In this document: piece by piece, positions 1 to 13,600 of the stretch | How the letters are laid out: each line of letters starts with the position of its first letter | Position numbering within the stretch: position 1 is the stretch's first letter | Source of the DNA: Novakomyces olei | Taxonomy: Eukaryota | NCBI GenBank assembly: GCA_016906335.1 | Contig: JADEYG010000001.1 | Location: 1,302,001 to 1,366,000 of the forward strand | Length of the DNA stretch: 64,000 bases | Direction of reading: 5' to 3' | Position numbers and translations under genes: made by a program | Notes under the pieces: model-generated | The model's database searches: none | What the model was told of the DNA's origin: nothing | Seen by the model: the letters and a program-made list of their open reading frames with translations, nothing else

Positions 1-500
1 CTGTTGCTGGCCGCCCGTGCTTTACTCGTAGTCTCACGGTATATTCGGCCAGGGCTGTACTTGATACTTTGTTCCGCCTCTTCACCACCTTCTGCGCCCA
101 TAATCATGCTCTGTACAGAAAAATGCCGTGAATGAGCCGTTCCAGCCGAACTATGTCGCTCGTGTAAGAGCGCATAATTATCTGAAGGCGTGGCTGAAAC
201 AAGAGACGGGCTGGTTACCGTCACTGGACCTCCAGACATCCATTGTTGTTGCCGCTCAAAGGTTACAGTGCACTCAAACATTTCGCCAGCAAAAATTGTA
301 CGTTCAGCAAAGCCTACAGTAATCACGAGCGACTCGAATATGGATTCAGCCAGGTCTGGATCAAACCTGGCTCCGTTCGAATACTGCTTCGTGGGTTTTC
401 CATCCTGCACCTCATCGTCATCGTCAATAGCGTATGCGCCCGACGTACCCGAATTTCCGTGAATTGAGGGATGGCGCGAGGCGTACGATGCTGACCGCAT
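1..500 (-). CDS. RGP1: Rgp1-like protein (Ric1-Rgp1 Rab6/Ypt6 GEF subunit), 5' part only; runs off the window start
   Basis: Manual translation from ATG 500 is open to base 1 (absent from the ORF track). It contains LVITVGFAERTIFAGEMFECTVTF, resembling the Rgp1 N-terminal motif (..vFAGE.i.CtitF). Confidence 0.65.
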   Translation of the reverse strand, partial: MRSASYASRHPSIHGNSGTSGAYAIDDDDEVQDGKPTKQYSNGARFDPDLAESIFESLVITVGFAERTIFAGEMFECTVTFERQQQWMSGGPVTVTSPSLVSATPSDNYALLHERHSSAGTAHSRHFSVQSMIMGAEGGEEAEQSIKYSPGRIYRETTSKARAASN

Positions 501-1157
501 ATTGGACCGTACTAGAGGCCGTAGATGACAGGTACAATAGGTGCACTAGTCACAAATTATGCCGATATATATATTTATTATCCTTTTTTTTGTGTAAGCT
601 AAATCAACGTTAACTCTTTGCAATTGGCTTTGCGTGGCAAAGACTTTTCGCGTGTAAGCGTCGAATCGATAGGAAGAATAAGGGCCCAAACACAGGGCTT
701 TTAATAGGCAAATCTTGTTCAAATAAAATCGCCTAAAAATAAAAGGCGAAAAGGATCAGTTGAGATAGCAGAGCTGTATAAAATGAAAGCGCCTGGATCG
801 TTGCGTGTCGAGACTGCGCAGAGGCACGCCAGTTTAAGCGAGAAAGATGTCACAGCCAAACACGAGTTTGTTGGCCAACCACAATCCAAAAGTGCCGCTC
901 TCTCAAATCACATGGCGCAGTAACACTGCATTCAGTCACAGACGCATATGAGGAACATGGCCACGCACTCTGCCGCACTCTATATGCACCTTTGGATATT
1001 TAGCACCGCGTTCGACTCAGACTACGGAGATTCTTGACAATACCATAATATTCACCGTAATAAGATTGCCGTTACAACTCGTGATTTAAATTCGTTTACA
1101 ATTTAGTAGCTTTTACATTGGTCGTTTATATGCGAACCGGCTCATATATTATCGCAA

Positions 1158-1776
<619 letters not shown>

Positions 1777-1860
1777 AATATGGACGCCTGATTATACCGC
1801 GTGCATGAGCGTCATTAGAGTCCATTAGGTCGAATTATAGGCTCAAGGAATCGCAAACAA

Positions 1861-4800
1861 ATGCCCGCCGGTGATATACGCAACTTTTTTGGCGGCTCAC
1901 CCGCTGCGGCCAAGAAAGCGCCTCCGTCATCGTCCAAAAAGTCAAAGGTAAATTTTCTTTTTACTCTCCCTAATCAACCGCGTAGGACGAGCGCAAGCGT
2001 GGCCGACGTGTAGTCGAATCCGACGAGGACGAAGAGGACGTTAAACCAATCGCCAAGCCAACAGAGAAAAAAGCTGCTAAAAATGAAGATAAATCGTATG
2101 TTTTCAATAAAAGACCGTTTGTGCACACGCAATTAATTGCTTACATTTATAGACGGCAGCCGATCGAGCCATCGAAATATTTTAGCGGCAAAGTTGCACG
2201 CGCTCCCGCTCGAGGAGCAGTAAAGCGGTCGCATACGGAGAACGTTGTCACCATTGATGACGAAGATGCCGAGGAAAATGGGGCCAAGCGTAATAGTGTA
2301 GTGCATGGGGACGATTCTTCTATCGTTATATCGTCATCGCCAGCAGAGCCTGCTACTAAACCGAGTGCTTCTGTCAAAGCGTCGCCTGTTAAAAGCAAAA
2401 AGCTCACTGAGCCTTCGGCACAGAGTTCAGCGTCTACTAAACCGTTGCCAAAGACTCGTGCAGCACGTGCATCAAGAAAGCACAATGACGATGATTACAT
2501 GGACGTGGACGATGACGACGATGATGACGATGATGACGATTACGATGGCAATGGTGATGGTGATGGCGAAGATGATGATGATGACGACGATTTTGAAGAG
2601 TCTAATGTAAATCGTTCAGAGACCGAGTTGGACAACGAGGATTTTGAAGAAAAACCTGTGCCAAAGTCAAACTCTAAACCTTCTTCGGCGGCAAAAAGGA
2701 ACGGAAAGGCGGCAAGCAAGCCTGCGCCAGTAGAAAAAGCGGGTAAAAAGGACGAGTTTGTTTCTCCCAAAAAACGGAAAGCCGTTGCTACACCATCATC
2801 GTCTCCTCAAAAGAAGCCTTTGGCGGCCTCAAACCCGACCACGAATGCCTCTAATTCCCCTGCTCGTGCTCCTAAAAGAGCGCGTACCGCAACGGGCCCA
2901 ACTGTAGCTATTTCTGCAGACGCTCAACGAGTCCTAGACAATACTCCTTTGACAGTACCACCAGAACCGAGTGGCGACAGTAAACCGGCTGCCTTTTGGG
3001 CTCAGCGAGGACCACCGCCGGCAGCAGGATCCAAGGAAGTTCCCGAAGGTGCAGATAACTGTTTAGCTACTCTGTCTTTTGTGTGTACCGGAATTCTAAC
3101 GTCTTTGGACCGTGACGATGCTGTACAATTGATCAAAAAATATGGGGGTAAAGTAATGTCGGCTCCGTCGTCGAAAACGTCGTTCGTCGTACTCGGCGAG
3201 AATGCTGGTCCCAAAAAATTAAAGGTTATCGCAGATAATGGGCTTCGTACTATTGATGAGGATGGGCTATTCTATCTGATTAAAAACATGCCAGCTAACG
3301 GCGGAGAAGGTCAGGCAGCACAGGCTGCCCAACGTAAACGGGAAGATGAAGAGAAGCAGATAGAGAAAGATGCAAAAAGTCTTGCTCCACAATCTGCGGC
3401 AGAGAGCACAGCCCAATTAGCTCAATTATGGACGACAAAGTATGCTCCAAAGGGCCTTAAAGACATTTGTGGGAATAAGGGAGCTGTTGAAAAATTACAG
3501 CGCTGGCTTCACAGTTGGCCAGAACTTGTAAAAGCAGGGTTTTCTCAGCCTGGAAGAGATGGAACAGGCGTTTTCAAAGCCGTACTAGTCTCGGGACCAC
3601 CGGGTATCGGTAAGACTACAGCGGCCCATTTGGTAGCACAATTAGAAGGCTATGATATACTCGAGCTCAATGCCAGTGACACTCGTAGTAAACGGCTTAT
3701 GGACGAGAGTCTTCGTGGAGTCACAGATAATCAGTCAATTGCAGGATATTTCAGTGGGACTAGTGAAAATCCCGTCACATCTCCGAGCAGAAAGCTCGTG
3801 CTTATAATGGACGAAGTAGACGGAATGTCTGCAGGTGATCGCGGTGGAGTGGGCCAATTGAATGTTGTCATCAAAAACACAAGGGTATGAGCCACTACAA
3901 TTTTTCTGGCCCATTGTTTGTAAATTTTTAGTTTTTGCCAACCATTTTGTCTATACGTCGCTTTTCTCTTTTCATTTTCCTTTGTTTTTTCTTGACTAAT
4001 TTATCTATAAAGATTCCGATAATCTGTATTTGCAACGACCGCTCGAATCAAAAAATGCGGCCTCTAGAACGAACGACGTATGATCTGCGGTTCATTCGAC
4101 CCCAAGCAAACATGTTACGTGCCAGAATTATGACTATTGCTTTCCGTGAAGGCCTCAAGCTGAATCCAGCCGTGATCGACCAGTTGGTACAAGGCGCTCA
4201 TGCAGATATGAGGCAAATAATTAACCTTCTTTCCACGTTCCGTTTGAGCAAAACCGAAATGGATCAGACGGATGGAAAGGCTGCGTATGTTGCTTTGTCA
4301 ACTAAATTCATTTCTAGTCTCAATAAGCTTTTTCTTTTTCTTGTTATGCACTCTACTCTGTAATTTCTTATTTCGCGATATTCTTGTTTTGTGCCCCTGT
4401 TTTCTTCTCCCTATTGTATCTAATAAACAGGATCAAAGCGGCTCAAAAACATGTCGTTATGAAGCCGTGGGATATTTGTGGTCGTTTTTTGAGCGGTGGG
4501 ATATACAACCCAGCGAGTCATGTGAGCATCAATGACAAAATCGAACTATATTTTAACGACCATGAATTTTCATATCTTATGATTCAAGAAAACTATTTGA
4601 AGACACAACCTGATGGCGCCAAAGGTTTGGGTGCAAACGAGGCCAAATATAAGCATTTGGATCTAGTGGAAAAAGCTGCCTCTTCTATTTCAGATGGAGA
4701 TTTGGTCGATCGCATGATTCATGGGTCGCAGCAACATTGGTCGCTTATGCCAGCACATGCTATATTTTCATGCGTACTCCCAGCATCTTTTGTTGCCGGC

Positions 4801-5535
4801 TCTGGAGCAGGCCAGTACTCCTTTACCTCCTGGCTCGGAAATAATTCAAAGGCTGGAAAAGCCGCGCGTTTGATCCGTGAGCTACAGACCCACATGAGGC
4901 TGCGTGCTTCGGCAGACAAAGATCAACTTCGGCAAGCCTACGTTCCTGCCCTGTTTGACAAATTGGTCCGGCGTCTTGCACAGGAACAGGCTGGAGCAGT
5001 TCCTGCGGTGATTAGCTTAATGGATGAATATTTCTTGACCCGGGACGATTTTGATGCGCTCGTAGAATTGGGTCTGGGACCTGATAATGGAGAGAAATGC
5101 ATGAAATCAGTTTCCACAGCGACAAAATCTGCGTTTACAAGACAGTATGACACATTTATTTTTTTCCCTAGTTCCAATTTTCTTTGTCAAACCGGGTGAC
5201 TAATTTATAGATACAACAGCAGTTCGCATCCAATTGCCTTTATGCCTGCATCACAGGTCATTGCCCCCAAAACTGTACAAAGACAGCAAGTTCCTGATGT
5301 TGAAGATGCACTAGAACCGAGCGACGATGAGGCAGACGTGCTCGCCGCCGAAGCGGCAGATCAGGGCGACGCAGAGTCACAAGATACAGACTTGTCAAAG
5401 GATAAAATGATTTCCGTTAGTGGTGCTGGAAAAGGTAAGAAAGCAGCAGGGAAAGCAAATAAAGCTGGCGCAGCCAAGGTATCTTCCTCCAAAGCGTCTG
5501 GGTCAGGTAAAGGCCGTGGAAATCGCAAGACATAG
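1861..5535 (+). CDS. RFC1: Replication factor C large subunit, about 6 exons (introns near 1948-1985, 2096-2152, 3885-4012, 4286-4430, 5144-5210)
   Basis: N-terminus MPAGDIRNFFGG; BRCT domain (GKVMSAPSSKTSFVVLG); WTTKYAP; Walker A GPPGIGKT; MDEVDGM; RFC1 C-terminal SSISDGDLVD...QHWSLMP; GT-AG introns join the ORF pieces. Confidence 0.97.
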
Positions 5536-5777
5536 TATAGACTCTGCCAGCTCAAATTGGAGTTTTGAATACCTGCAAATGCAAATATTTTCTGTCGCTG
5601 GCAATCCATACATGCTTTATAAAATATGTAAATATTCCATGAATAGAGTGCTGATGGACGCACTTGTTTGTTTTTCATTATTTATTCTTTTCCCCTTTCT
5701 CCCCAGTCTCGCCGGACCAGCGCAGTACTTTGAATAAAGCATGTAATGGCATCTTGCTTGTATCACAAAAATAGCAT

Positions 5778-6226
5778 CTATTTGCTGGCGGCCGCGTCTA
5801 CCGATTAGAACTGGTGACTAAACACTTTGCGAGACTAAACAATTTGCGAAACTAAACAATTTGCGAATAAACTAGTTCAAAAATAAAAAATTTAGAATAA
5901 ATCGTACCCAATGTGCGTGACCAGACGTCAATTTCATGCACTAGTGTCTCCAGCGAAGGCAATTGCTTATGTGTCTCGTCTACCTGCTGAACGTACTTTG
6001 CTATATCGGCGTGTAGCGCCTTCAAGTAGCCAGCGTCTGCAGAGAGCCCGCCAGCGGCATTGTTTAGGTAGCCATATCGATCAGCGGCTGCTAGTGTCGC
6101 CTGTTCCAGCTGTGAGGTCTGCTGTATCACCGCACCAGTCTCGTCGTTTAGACGTGATGTTAAACTGCCAACGAGATCGTGAACGGCACTATCAACAGAA
6201 TCAATGGCTGCCTCATGGTGAGCCAT
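5778..6226 (-). CDS. Small coiled-coil protein, probably BLOC-1 subunit Bli1-like; one intron (about 5798-5907), ends ...DAAASK*
   Basis: ORF 5852..6226 with helical periodicity and C-terminal LETLVHEIDVWSRTL. Donor GTACGA and branch/acceptor TTCTAATCGGTAG give an in-frame last exon. Confidence 0.55.
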
Positions 6227-6242
6227 AATGGCGCGTTTGACA

Positions 6243-6278
<36 letters not shown>
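6243..6278. repeat. (AAT)n microsatellite in a divergent promoter
   Basis: Visible tract just upstream of the ATG at 6226. Confidence 0.9.
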
Positions 6279-6561
6279 CACAGATTATCCAGCGCTAAAT
6301 TTACAATTTATTAATTCATGTTGGCATAAAAGCGTCCTTCTTTAAATGTATTTAAATTCATATATAAAACAAGTTCAAAATTTATTATATAATTCGTAAT
6401 TGCAGACCTGTGCCGATCAAACACTGCGATAAAACCCTAAACTACTATAATATACGTGTCTGTACAGGGTTTTCCAAGGTACTGGAAAGTTCAGCGAAAC
6501 GAGAATAAAATTATCAGGCCGCTAACGATAGGCGACAAGAGGCATAATCGGCTCCCTACAG

Positions 6562-7350
6562 ATGCACAAGTTTGTGAGAGCGGCTGCGCGGCAGACTGCG
6601 CCTATGCGCGTCTTGCGCCCTGAGTATATGCAAAGGCCGTTATTGCAGATGCGTGCCCACGGCAGTTTTGGCTCTATTAACAGTGTTAATAGTCGTGTGC
6701 GACACATGACATGTTCTGCGATTAGACGTGCGGAAGACGGAGGCAAAGAAAAGGCCTCGGCCCAGTCTGCTGACGCTGCTGCAGAGTCTAAAGAGGCGGC
6801 AAGCTCGGAAGCGGCAAGCGCAGAGGCGGCGGCAGAGACACAGGAAACCCCCGGTTCAGATCTCGAATCGGCTCTGGCTGAAAAAGACAAGATTATTGCA
6901 GAGTTAAAGGACCAGTATATGCGCTCTGTAGCGGATTATAGAAATTTGCAGAATCGGACGGCGCGGGATTTACAAGCGCAACGTGATTTTGGTATTCAAA
7001 AATTTGCCAAAGATCTAGTTGAGTCTGTAGATAATTTTGCTCGTGCTCTGGAAACTGTTCCGGCTGAGCATCGTGACGATTCCGAGCGCAACAAGGAACT
7101 TGTTGACTTATACCGTGGACTTAAAATGACAGAGGGCGTTTTGTTGCGTACACTAGAGCGTCATGGAATTACCCGCTTTGATGGAATGGGAGAGAAGTTT
7201 GACCCAAACTTACACGAGGCTACCTTTCAAGTACCCATGCCCGGAAAGGATCCCAACACAATTTTCCATTGTGAGTCCACTGGATTCCTTCTTAATGGCC
7301 GCGTTATTCGCCCAGCAAAAGTTGGTGTTGTTATGAGCAATGAAGAGTAA
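6562..7350 (+). CDS. MGE1: Mitochondrial GrpE nucleotide exchange factor, intronless
   Basis: Arg-rich presequence; RSVADYRNL; QKFAKDLVESVDNF; FDPNLHEA; GRVIRPAKVGV. Confidence 0.97.
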   Translation: MHKFVRAAARQTAPMRVLRPEYMQRPLLQMRAHGSFGSINSVNSRVRHMTCSAIRRAEDGGKEKASAQSADAAAESKEAASSEAASAEAAAETQETPGSDLESALAEKDKIIAELKDQYMRSVADYRNLQNRTARDLQAQRDFGIQKFAKDLVESVDNFARALETVPAEHRDDSERNKELVDLYRGLKMTEGVLLRTLERHGITRFDGMGEKFDPNLHEATFQVPMPGKDPNTIFHCESTGFLLNGRVIRPAKVGVVMSNEE

Positions 7351-7809
7351 ACGGGAGTCGTTGATTTCTCATCACTTTGCATAAAATGTTTTTAGTACAG
7401 ACTGAAATGAAAATTGTACCATACTTTTTGTCGTCTTAAATAAATTTGATCCACTGTAGCCAAACAATACTTCAGTTTGCTGTACTGTGACTTTGTCCGG
7501 CCATCGTCGCATGTTTGGTCCACTTGACATTGCAATATCTCGACAGAATTAGAAGTATCTGCATAACCAGAACCTGAAACAACTCTTTGTGTAATATATC
7601 ATTGATCTTTGTGTGAGTACATCATCAACGATATACAGCCCTTTGTTCTTTTGGCCGGCCTTCTATATATGATTATGTCTATAATAAAATTGAATCAATG
7701 TTCATTAAAACGCTCAGGCTATGCAATCTAATTATACACTTTATCATATACTTTTTGTTGGAAAAAAAATTCGAAATAGAAATAGAAAAAAAAGGAGGAA
7801 AAGTCCAGT

Positions 7810-9180
7810 CTATCTCAATTCAATCGGCAGCTGCTCAGCGGCCGTCCGACGCACTTTGCCCTGTAACTCATCCACTTCTGCGTTAGAAAGCGATCTGTCC
7901 ATACTTCGGTAGTTGATCCGGTAGCACCGTGATCGCCGGCCCGTACGCGGATGCTCAAACTCATCGATAAGCCGTACAGACTCTACCAAATCTCCGGCAA
8001 TAGTCCGGACAATTTCGAAAAAGTCTGTCTCTGCCGGGAGGGCCTGATTCTTTCCATCAGTGTCCAGCCAAAAGGCGATATCCTTGTAGCACGCTGGGTA
8101 CCGCGAATAGGGCTGGAAACTCGTTATTTGTCTAGGCGAGAATTGGGAAAGAAACCTGGTATCCCGCGTCCAGAATAGCCGAATATCCGGAATACCAAAC
8201 AAAACCATAGCCAATCGTTCCAGGCCAATGCCAAACGCCCAGCCAATGCAATCGCCCCGGCCAGCGCGGTGCAGTACATGCTGCTGAACGACTCCACAGC
8301 CCAAGAGTTCGAGCCACTCCCCCCGCCAAAAGACTTCCAGTTCATAGGAAGGCGAAGTAAAAGGAAAAGAAGCCGGAATCCATCGCAGCCTCATTTCTTG
8401 CCCTGCCTCTTGGGCAGCGTGAGAAAAAATATGCACTACGAGCCGCTCTAATTGACGGCGCAAATGCTGGGCCACTGCTTCTACCTCTGTGGCATTGTGC
8501 CCCGGTTGCAAAGGGTTTGTGCCTGCGTCCCAGGCCGGGCACGTTTCCACTTTAATATGTGCAGTCTTTAGAGGCGATTCTTTTGCTTCGTCTTTTGGTT
8601 CCTGTTGATCTTTTACCATTAGCCTTTGCAATTCACTCTTCTTCCAAACGTAAGCTCCCTCCATTTGGTGGAACACGGGGTAATGGCTATGATCAATCTC
8701 GTCGCGCCTGTAAACGTCCGCCGCTATTAAAAACCCTGGCGTTTTACACTCACGGAAGCAGTCGACCTGGTGTGCCGATGTATGCGTGCGCAATACTGTT
8801 TGCGCATCTATGTAATACGTATCGCTGAGCGATCGGCCCACGTGGTCCGTCGGAAACCCTAAAGAATCAAAGTTTTGCCAAGTAGAAACTGCGGCCGGCA
8901 GTTCGCGGTAAAAGGTGTACTCCCCTAATGGCTCGGCAAACACGTCCTCAATCAGAGTCCTCAGAATTCCGAGCGGATGTGCTGGATCCATGTAGAGCCG
9001 ACGGTTGAGGAAGGAGAGGATTGTAGGCGTCGCATTGCTTTTAAACTCGGGCGTGGCAATGCTTGATTTTGATATTTTGGCAGAAGAACCAGCAGTCGAT
9101 TGACGGCGTACGCAATACTGCCATTGTCGGAAAGAATTCAATTTGGCATTGTGCCTACAACGCCAAATCGCTAATCGCAT
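7810..9180 (-). CDS. MSF1: Mitochondrial phenylalanyl-tRNA synthetase, intronless
   Basis: NFDSLGFP.DH; LRTHTSAHQ; YRRDEIDHSHYPVFHQMEG; GWAFGIGLERLAM; C-terminal FDX-ACB domain. Confidence 0.97.
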   Translation of the reverse strand: MRLAIWRCRHNAKLNSFRQWQYCVRRQSTAGSSAKISKSSIATPEFKSNATPTILSFLNRRLYMDPAHPLGILRTLIEDVFAEPLGEYTFYRELPAAVSTWQNFDSLGFPTDHVGRSLSDTYYIDAQTVLRTHTSAHQVDCFRECKTPGFLIAADVYRRDEIDHSHYPVFHQMEGAYVWKKSELQRLMVKDQQEPKDEAKESPLKTAHIKVETCPAWDAGTNPLQPGHNATEVEAVAQHLRRQLERLVVHIFSHAAQEAGQEMRLRWIPASFPFTSPSYELEVFWRGEWLELLGCGVVQQHVLHRAGRGDCIGWAFGIGLERLAMVLFGIPDIRLFWTRDTRFLSQFSPRQITSFQPYSRYPACYKDIAFWLDTDGKNQALPAETDFFEIVRTIAGDLVESVRLIDEFEHPRTGRRSRCYRINYRSMDRSLSNAEVDELQGKVRRTAAEQLPIELR

Positions 9181-9242
9181 TGATGTTGGAGTCGAGAATG
9201 ATTGCTCCCAACCGCAAATGTCATTACAACCCTCTGTACAGT

Positions 9243-9365
9243 TTATTTATTCATTTATTCATTTATTCATTTATTCATTTATTCATTTATTCATTTATTC
9301 ATTTATTCATTTATTCATTTATTCATTTATTCATTTATTCATTTATTCATTTATTCATTTATTCA
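9243..9365. repeat. (ATTCATTT)n 8-bp tandem repeat in the MSF1/MRPL16 bidirectional promoter
   Basis: Directly visible, about 15 units. Confidence 0.95.
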
Positions 9366-9440
9366 ATATAATATGGTGCGTATATTACTATAGGCAAATC
9401 TGCTACAGATTTGCAACAATACCCAAATAAATCTTGCAAG

Positions 9441-10468
9441 ATGATGCGGCTTTACGGTTCGCTGCAGCGGCTCTTTAACGGTCCTTGTGAACTGCACCGG
9501 CCGACTACAGCCGCTTTTGCGCGGCCGATATTGGCTCCTCAAATGCGTTCAATTAGCGCTCACGTGATCAGTAAGACAGTTTATGGCAAAAGTCATTGTG
9601 CTAAATGATTCTTTAAAGGCCCGCGAATGCCACGTGACAAGAAACAAAAGGGTCGCGTACCTGTGCGGACCGGCGGCTCAACTAAAGGTATTTTTCCAAA
9701 ATTTAATTATCCAGTGAATCTTGTTATTTCATGGCATTTTTGTTGAAACTATTTCTGTGTCTGATCTAGGCCGGATTTTATACACGGCTTATGTTTTTTT
9801 AATGAATTTGATTAGACATTGAACCAAGTTTGTGGTGTTTTTAACTTTTAATTTAATCGTCGTTCCGTCTCAACGATCTCTGTACATAATCGTTTTCTGT
9901 TTGCCTTTTTATACTTTTTATTCTCATATTTGCAAATCTAATACCAGGCACTACTGTCCATTTCGGCGAGTATGGTATGCGGCTAAAAGACACCGGCTTG
10001 AGATTATCCGGGAAACACTTGCAGCTGGCAGAGCGTATAATAATGGCAAATGTTCCCAAGGGCACAAAGATATATTGCCGGGTGAATTGTACTATTGCAG
10101 TTTGCACAAAGGGCAACGAGTCTCGTATGGGCCGAGGAAAAGGTTCCTTTGAATACTGGGCTTGCCGTGTGCCTGTAGGAAAAGTCTTATTTGAATTGCC
10201 GTCTACAGTGCGCCGGGAAGTCGCACAAAATGCCTTCCGCCTGGCCAGCGCCAAAATGCCTGGTAAGTGGTCTTTTGTCGATCGTACAAACGGACCCCAG
10301 GTTGGTCTGCTAGAGATCAAGGTTCTTCCGGAAAATACAGCGGCAGCGAATCCTTTAGGCGCCAGTGATCATGGTCGTGCTTCGAACGCGGATCTCTTAC
10401 ACTCACGTGATCCTGACGCAGCATTCGAAACGGCTGCCAGTGTTAGGGAGGCAAATAGAGGGCAATAG
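9441..10468 (+). CDS. MRPL16: Mitochondrial ribosomal protein uL16m, 3 exons (introns about 9571-9618 and 9688-9947)
   Basis: Exon 2 encodes KKQKGRVPVRTGGSTKG; exon 3 encodes TTVHFGEYGMRLK...KGNESRMGRGKGSFEYW. Confidence 0.93.
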
Positions 10469-10611
10469 ATCAGTAATAATAATATGAAGAGTTGGAAAGG
10501 TTTAAAATCCTTATTCCAGGGGTATTCCTTATTAATATGTACAATGCAGCGCTGATACCGGCTTTTTTAAATTTATCCTACTTCGTCCTTTTATTTCCTT
10601 TTTTTTTCTTT

Positions 10612-13600
10612 CTAGCGTAAACGTAGGGAATCAAGGGAAAGAGTATCAGGAGAAATATTGGGCTTTCCCCCCTCGTCCAGTTGCCCTGGAGAGCTATAAA
10701 GCCTTGCCACATCATAAGCAAGTCGCCTAGTAAGTTCGTCCGAGTCAGTTTCTGCCACATAGCCAGCAGCAATAGCCGCCTGCCTCCTTTCCTGGCCCGT
10801 TCCACCCGGCACAGCTGCCAGTAGCTGCAGGGCCGCTCGACGTAGAGGCAAATAAGCAATTTTAACCGCAGTTTCCTCATCTAAATTGGTCGCATCAACA
10901 TTTGCGGCAATACTTTGAGGCCCAAGTTCCAGTTGCAAGATGGAAATGGCCAGTTGCCGGCACTGCCAGCTCTGCTCAGGATCACGATTGGCCATAGAAG
11001 CTGCTATATGAAGGCAGGAGGCCCTGTACCTCGGATCTTGAGTCCTGTCAGCGGCCTTTGCCAAGACAGGAGGCAGCATTGACCCGGCAGTAGTAAACAT
11101 TAGCCCCAACAAGACGATACAGCGGTCGGCTGCCTCTCCTAAACGCAGTCTGGCATCCAAGGAGTGCCGCCCTGTATCTACGTACTCTTTTACGAGTCTG
11201 TGAAGGACAGCGCTGCCGTGTCGTTCAGCCAATGCTTCCAAGCCCTTGATTGCATTCATATAGACAAAACTGTCTGGCTCAACCGCCACTAGGGTTAACA
11301 TCGTATCCAGTACAGAGCTTAGGGTTTGTGAAGGTGGGATCGTGCCCCGACGAACCATTTGCGCTAGTGTGTGTAATCCTTGAGCACGAACGGGGATCAT
11401 TTCGTCCATTGTATCCTGCATTGCCTGCTCGTAGCGACTAGTACTAGTACTGCTACTATGCTTAGTACTAGTAGTAATACTAGTATTACTGCTGGTATTA
11501 GTAGTGTTGCCAGTATTACTGTTTGAAAGGAGATTTAGAAGCGACAAAGTCTTGCGCGCCGGTGCAGTGACAACGGGAAACACCAAAACTCGGGAAAGAG
11601 TGTCGGTGAATTCTTGCAAAAGCGCTGCTTTTGTCATTGACGATAGATTCTTCCTTTGGCCTTTAATTAAAGGCGGCTTTTCCATGGTCTCTTGAGCCAG
11701 CATGGCGTTTAAAAGGTTTAGAGCAACAGCCGCCATGTCTTGCAACTCCAGGCCAGTTTCCATATCGTCTTCCCTGAGCAGCTGCTGTAGTAACTGTAGA
11801 GTCACATCCACCAAGTGCGGACTCGACCGTAAAGTTTGTGCTTTCTCTAATTCAGTTAAAAGGCATTGCAGGACATGAATAGCCAGTGTATGCTTCACAT
11901 CTGCCGCCAATTCTGCCGCTCTTAACTGTGGATCCTCAGCATGGAACAGCGACTGTCGCATGTCTGAATCTACGGGTCTGTCTGCGGATCCTTTGTGCAG
12001 GTAAACCCCTAAACTCTGTACAAACATTTGCAGTACCAACTCTGGATCACGCAACTCGGCAATTATACGCTGCACTAGTTGTGTACGCGTCTCTAATGCG
12101 TCAGGCTGTAAAACGCAGCGGCCATTGCTGCCGTAAAGTACGGTATTGGCAGGCAGTTGAGCCTTTTCGCCCGTGGCAATTGCGATTCCGGCAGTATCGC
12201 TGTCGTGCTGCAATTGCCAGTCACGTGTCCCATTGAAGGTCAGAGCGTCCAATAACTGGTCAACTGCAGAATCGTCACTTGCAGCTGTACGCAAGTAAAT
12301 AGCGATTGCCTGCAAAGGTAAACGGACCCAAACTGCCTCGGGTTTACGTGTCGACAGGGCAAAAGCAGCGATCGCTGCTAGAGCCGGCAGAGCCGGGCAC
12401 ACCAGCAGCCTGCATAGTCCAGGATCCGGCTGCTGAATGAGAAAGGCGAGCCTTTCCAGCAAGGTTTGCAGGTCAGAGGCGGGCAGAGTTTTATTGTAAT
12501 CCTTTGTAAAACCAGGGCTGCTTATCAATGAGCCAAGGACTATGGGCCCCAGCAAGTCTTGTGCCAGGCTGGGGAACCTTGTAGACAAGTAGGATAGTGT
12601 ATGACGTGCTGCACGAGGCAGTAGCGTGTCCGACGAGGCAGTTGGCTGTAGAACAAGGAGCTGGACAAGTTGTGGAGCAATTAGCTCAAAGTACTGTCGG
12701 GCGGGTATTGACTGAGGAGGCGAAGTGATCAGTTTAGCCGCCCTGTCAAGTGCAGCGAGAGAGTCGCGGTCATTATGAGCAAGCAGAAAGTCGAGGAGCG
12801 GCCGTACACCGTTGGGCGACATGGAGAAACTCGTAAGCAAATCTAAAAGAGCCTGACGAAACTCGGCCGCAGCAGATTTGCTACTGGCCAAAAGAAGAGT
12901 GATTGCGGGTAGACAGATGCCGGGGCCGAGGGTGGCTAGAAGGGTGGCCAGAAGGGTCGGCAATCGGTCATAACTGATTTGCTCTTGCTCGTGTAAATAA
13001 CGGCCGCTCGTTGCTGCTTTACATGGCTCAGCGCCCGACTCTTTTGCCATAGGCTCTGCTATAGGCTCTGCTATAGGCTCTGCTATAGGCTCTGCTATAG
13101 ACTCTGCCATAGGCTCTGCTATAGGCTCTGCTATAGACTCTGCTATAGACTCTGCCAGAGCTGTAGAGCTCTGGTCATTATGCAGTTTGCAATGTAAAAG
13201 GGCCGCCAGTGTATCAGGAACAAACGGGACAACAGCACCAGAAAGATCTGCTGTCTTTTTCGATACGATTTGCAGATCGACAACAGTGCAAAGTGCACTA
13301 ATAAACTTGCGTTTTGGCACTGAAGCATTTACAAACGTGCACAGGAGCGACGGCAGCCTCGGCGGAGAAACGCTTGGCCGCTCGCTCGCTGGAATTGCGG
13401 CCAAGATGAGCGTGACGACGACCGTGGCCACGCAAAACCGAAGGGCATTGAGGTTTTGAGGGCCTGTAGATGAGCAGCCATTAGCTACGTCATTGCTCAG
13501 CTGCTGAAGCAGTGGCAAAGCCTCTTTTGCCGCTGTCTCGGAAACAGACTGAGCGTCTCCCTCTCGCACTCGCGCTAAAAGCGTCGAGTACACTCGGCGC

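Noticed and set aside
7350..10560. Puf3 elements in the 3'UTRs of the mitochondrial gene trio
   Set aside because: Only imperfect TGTA-containing words were found; no exact TGTAHATA.
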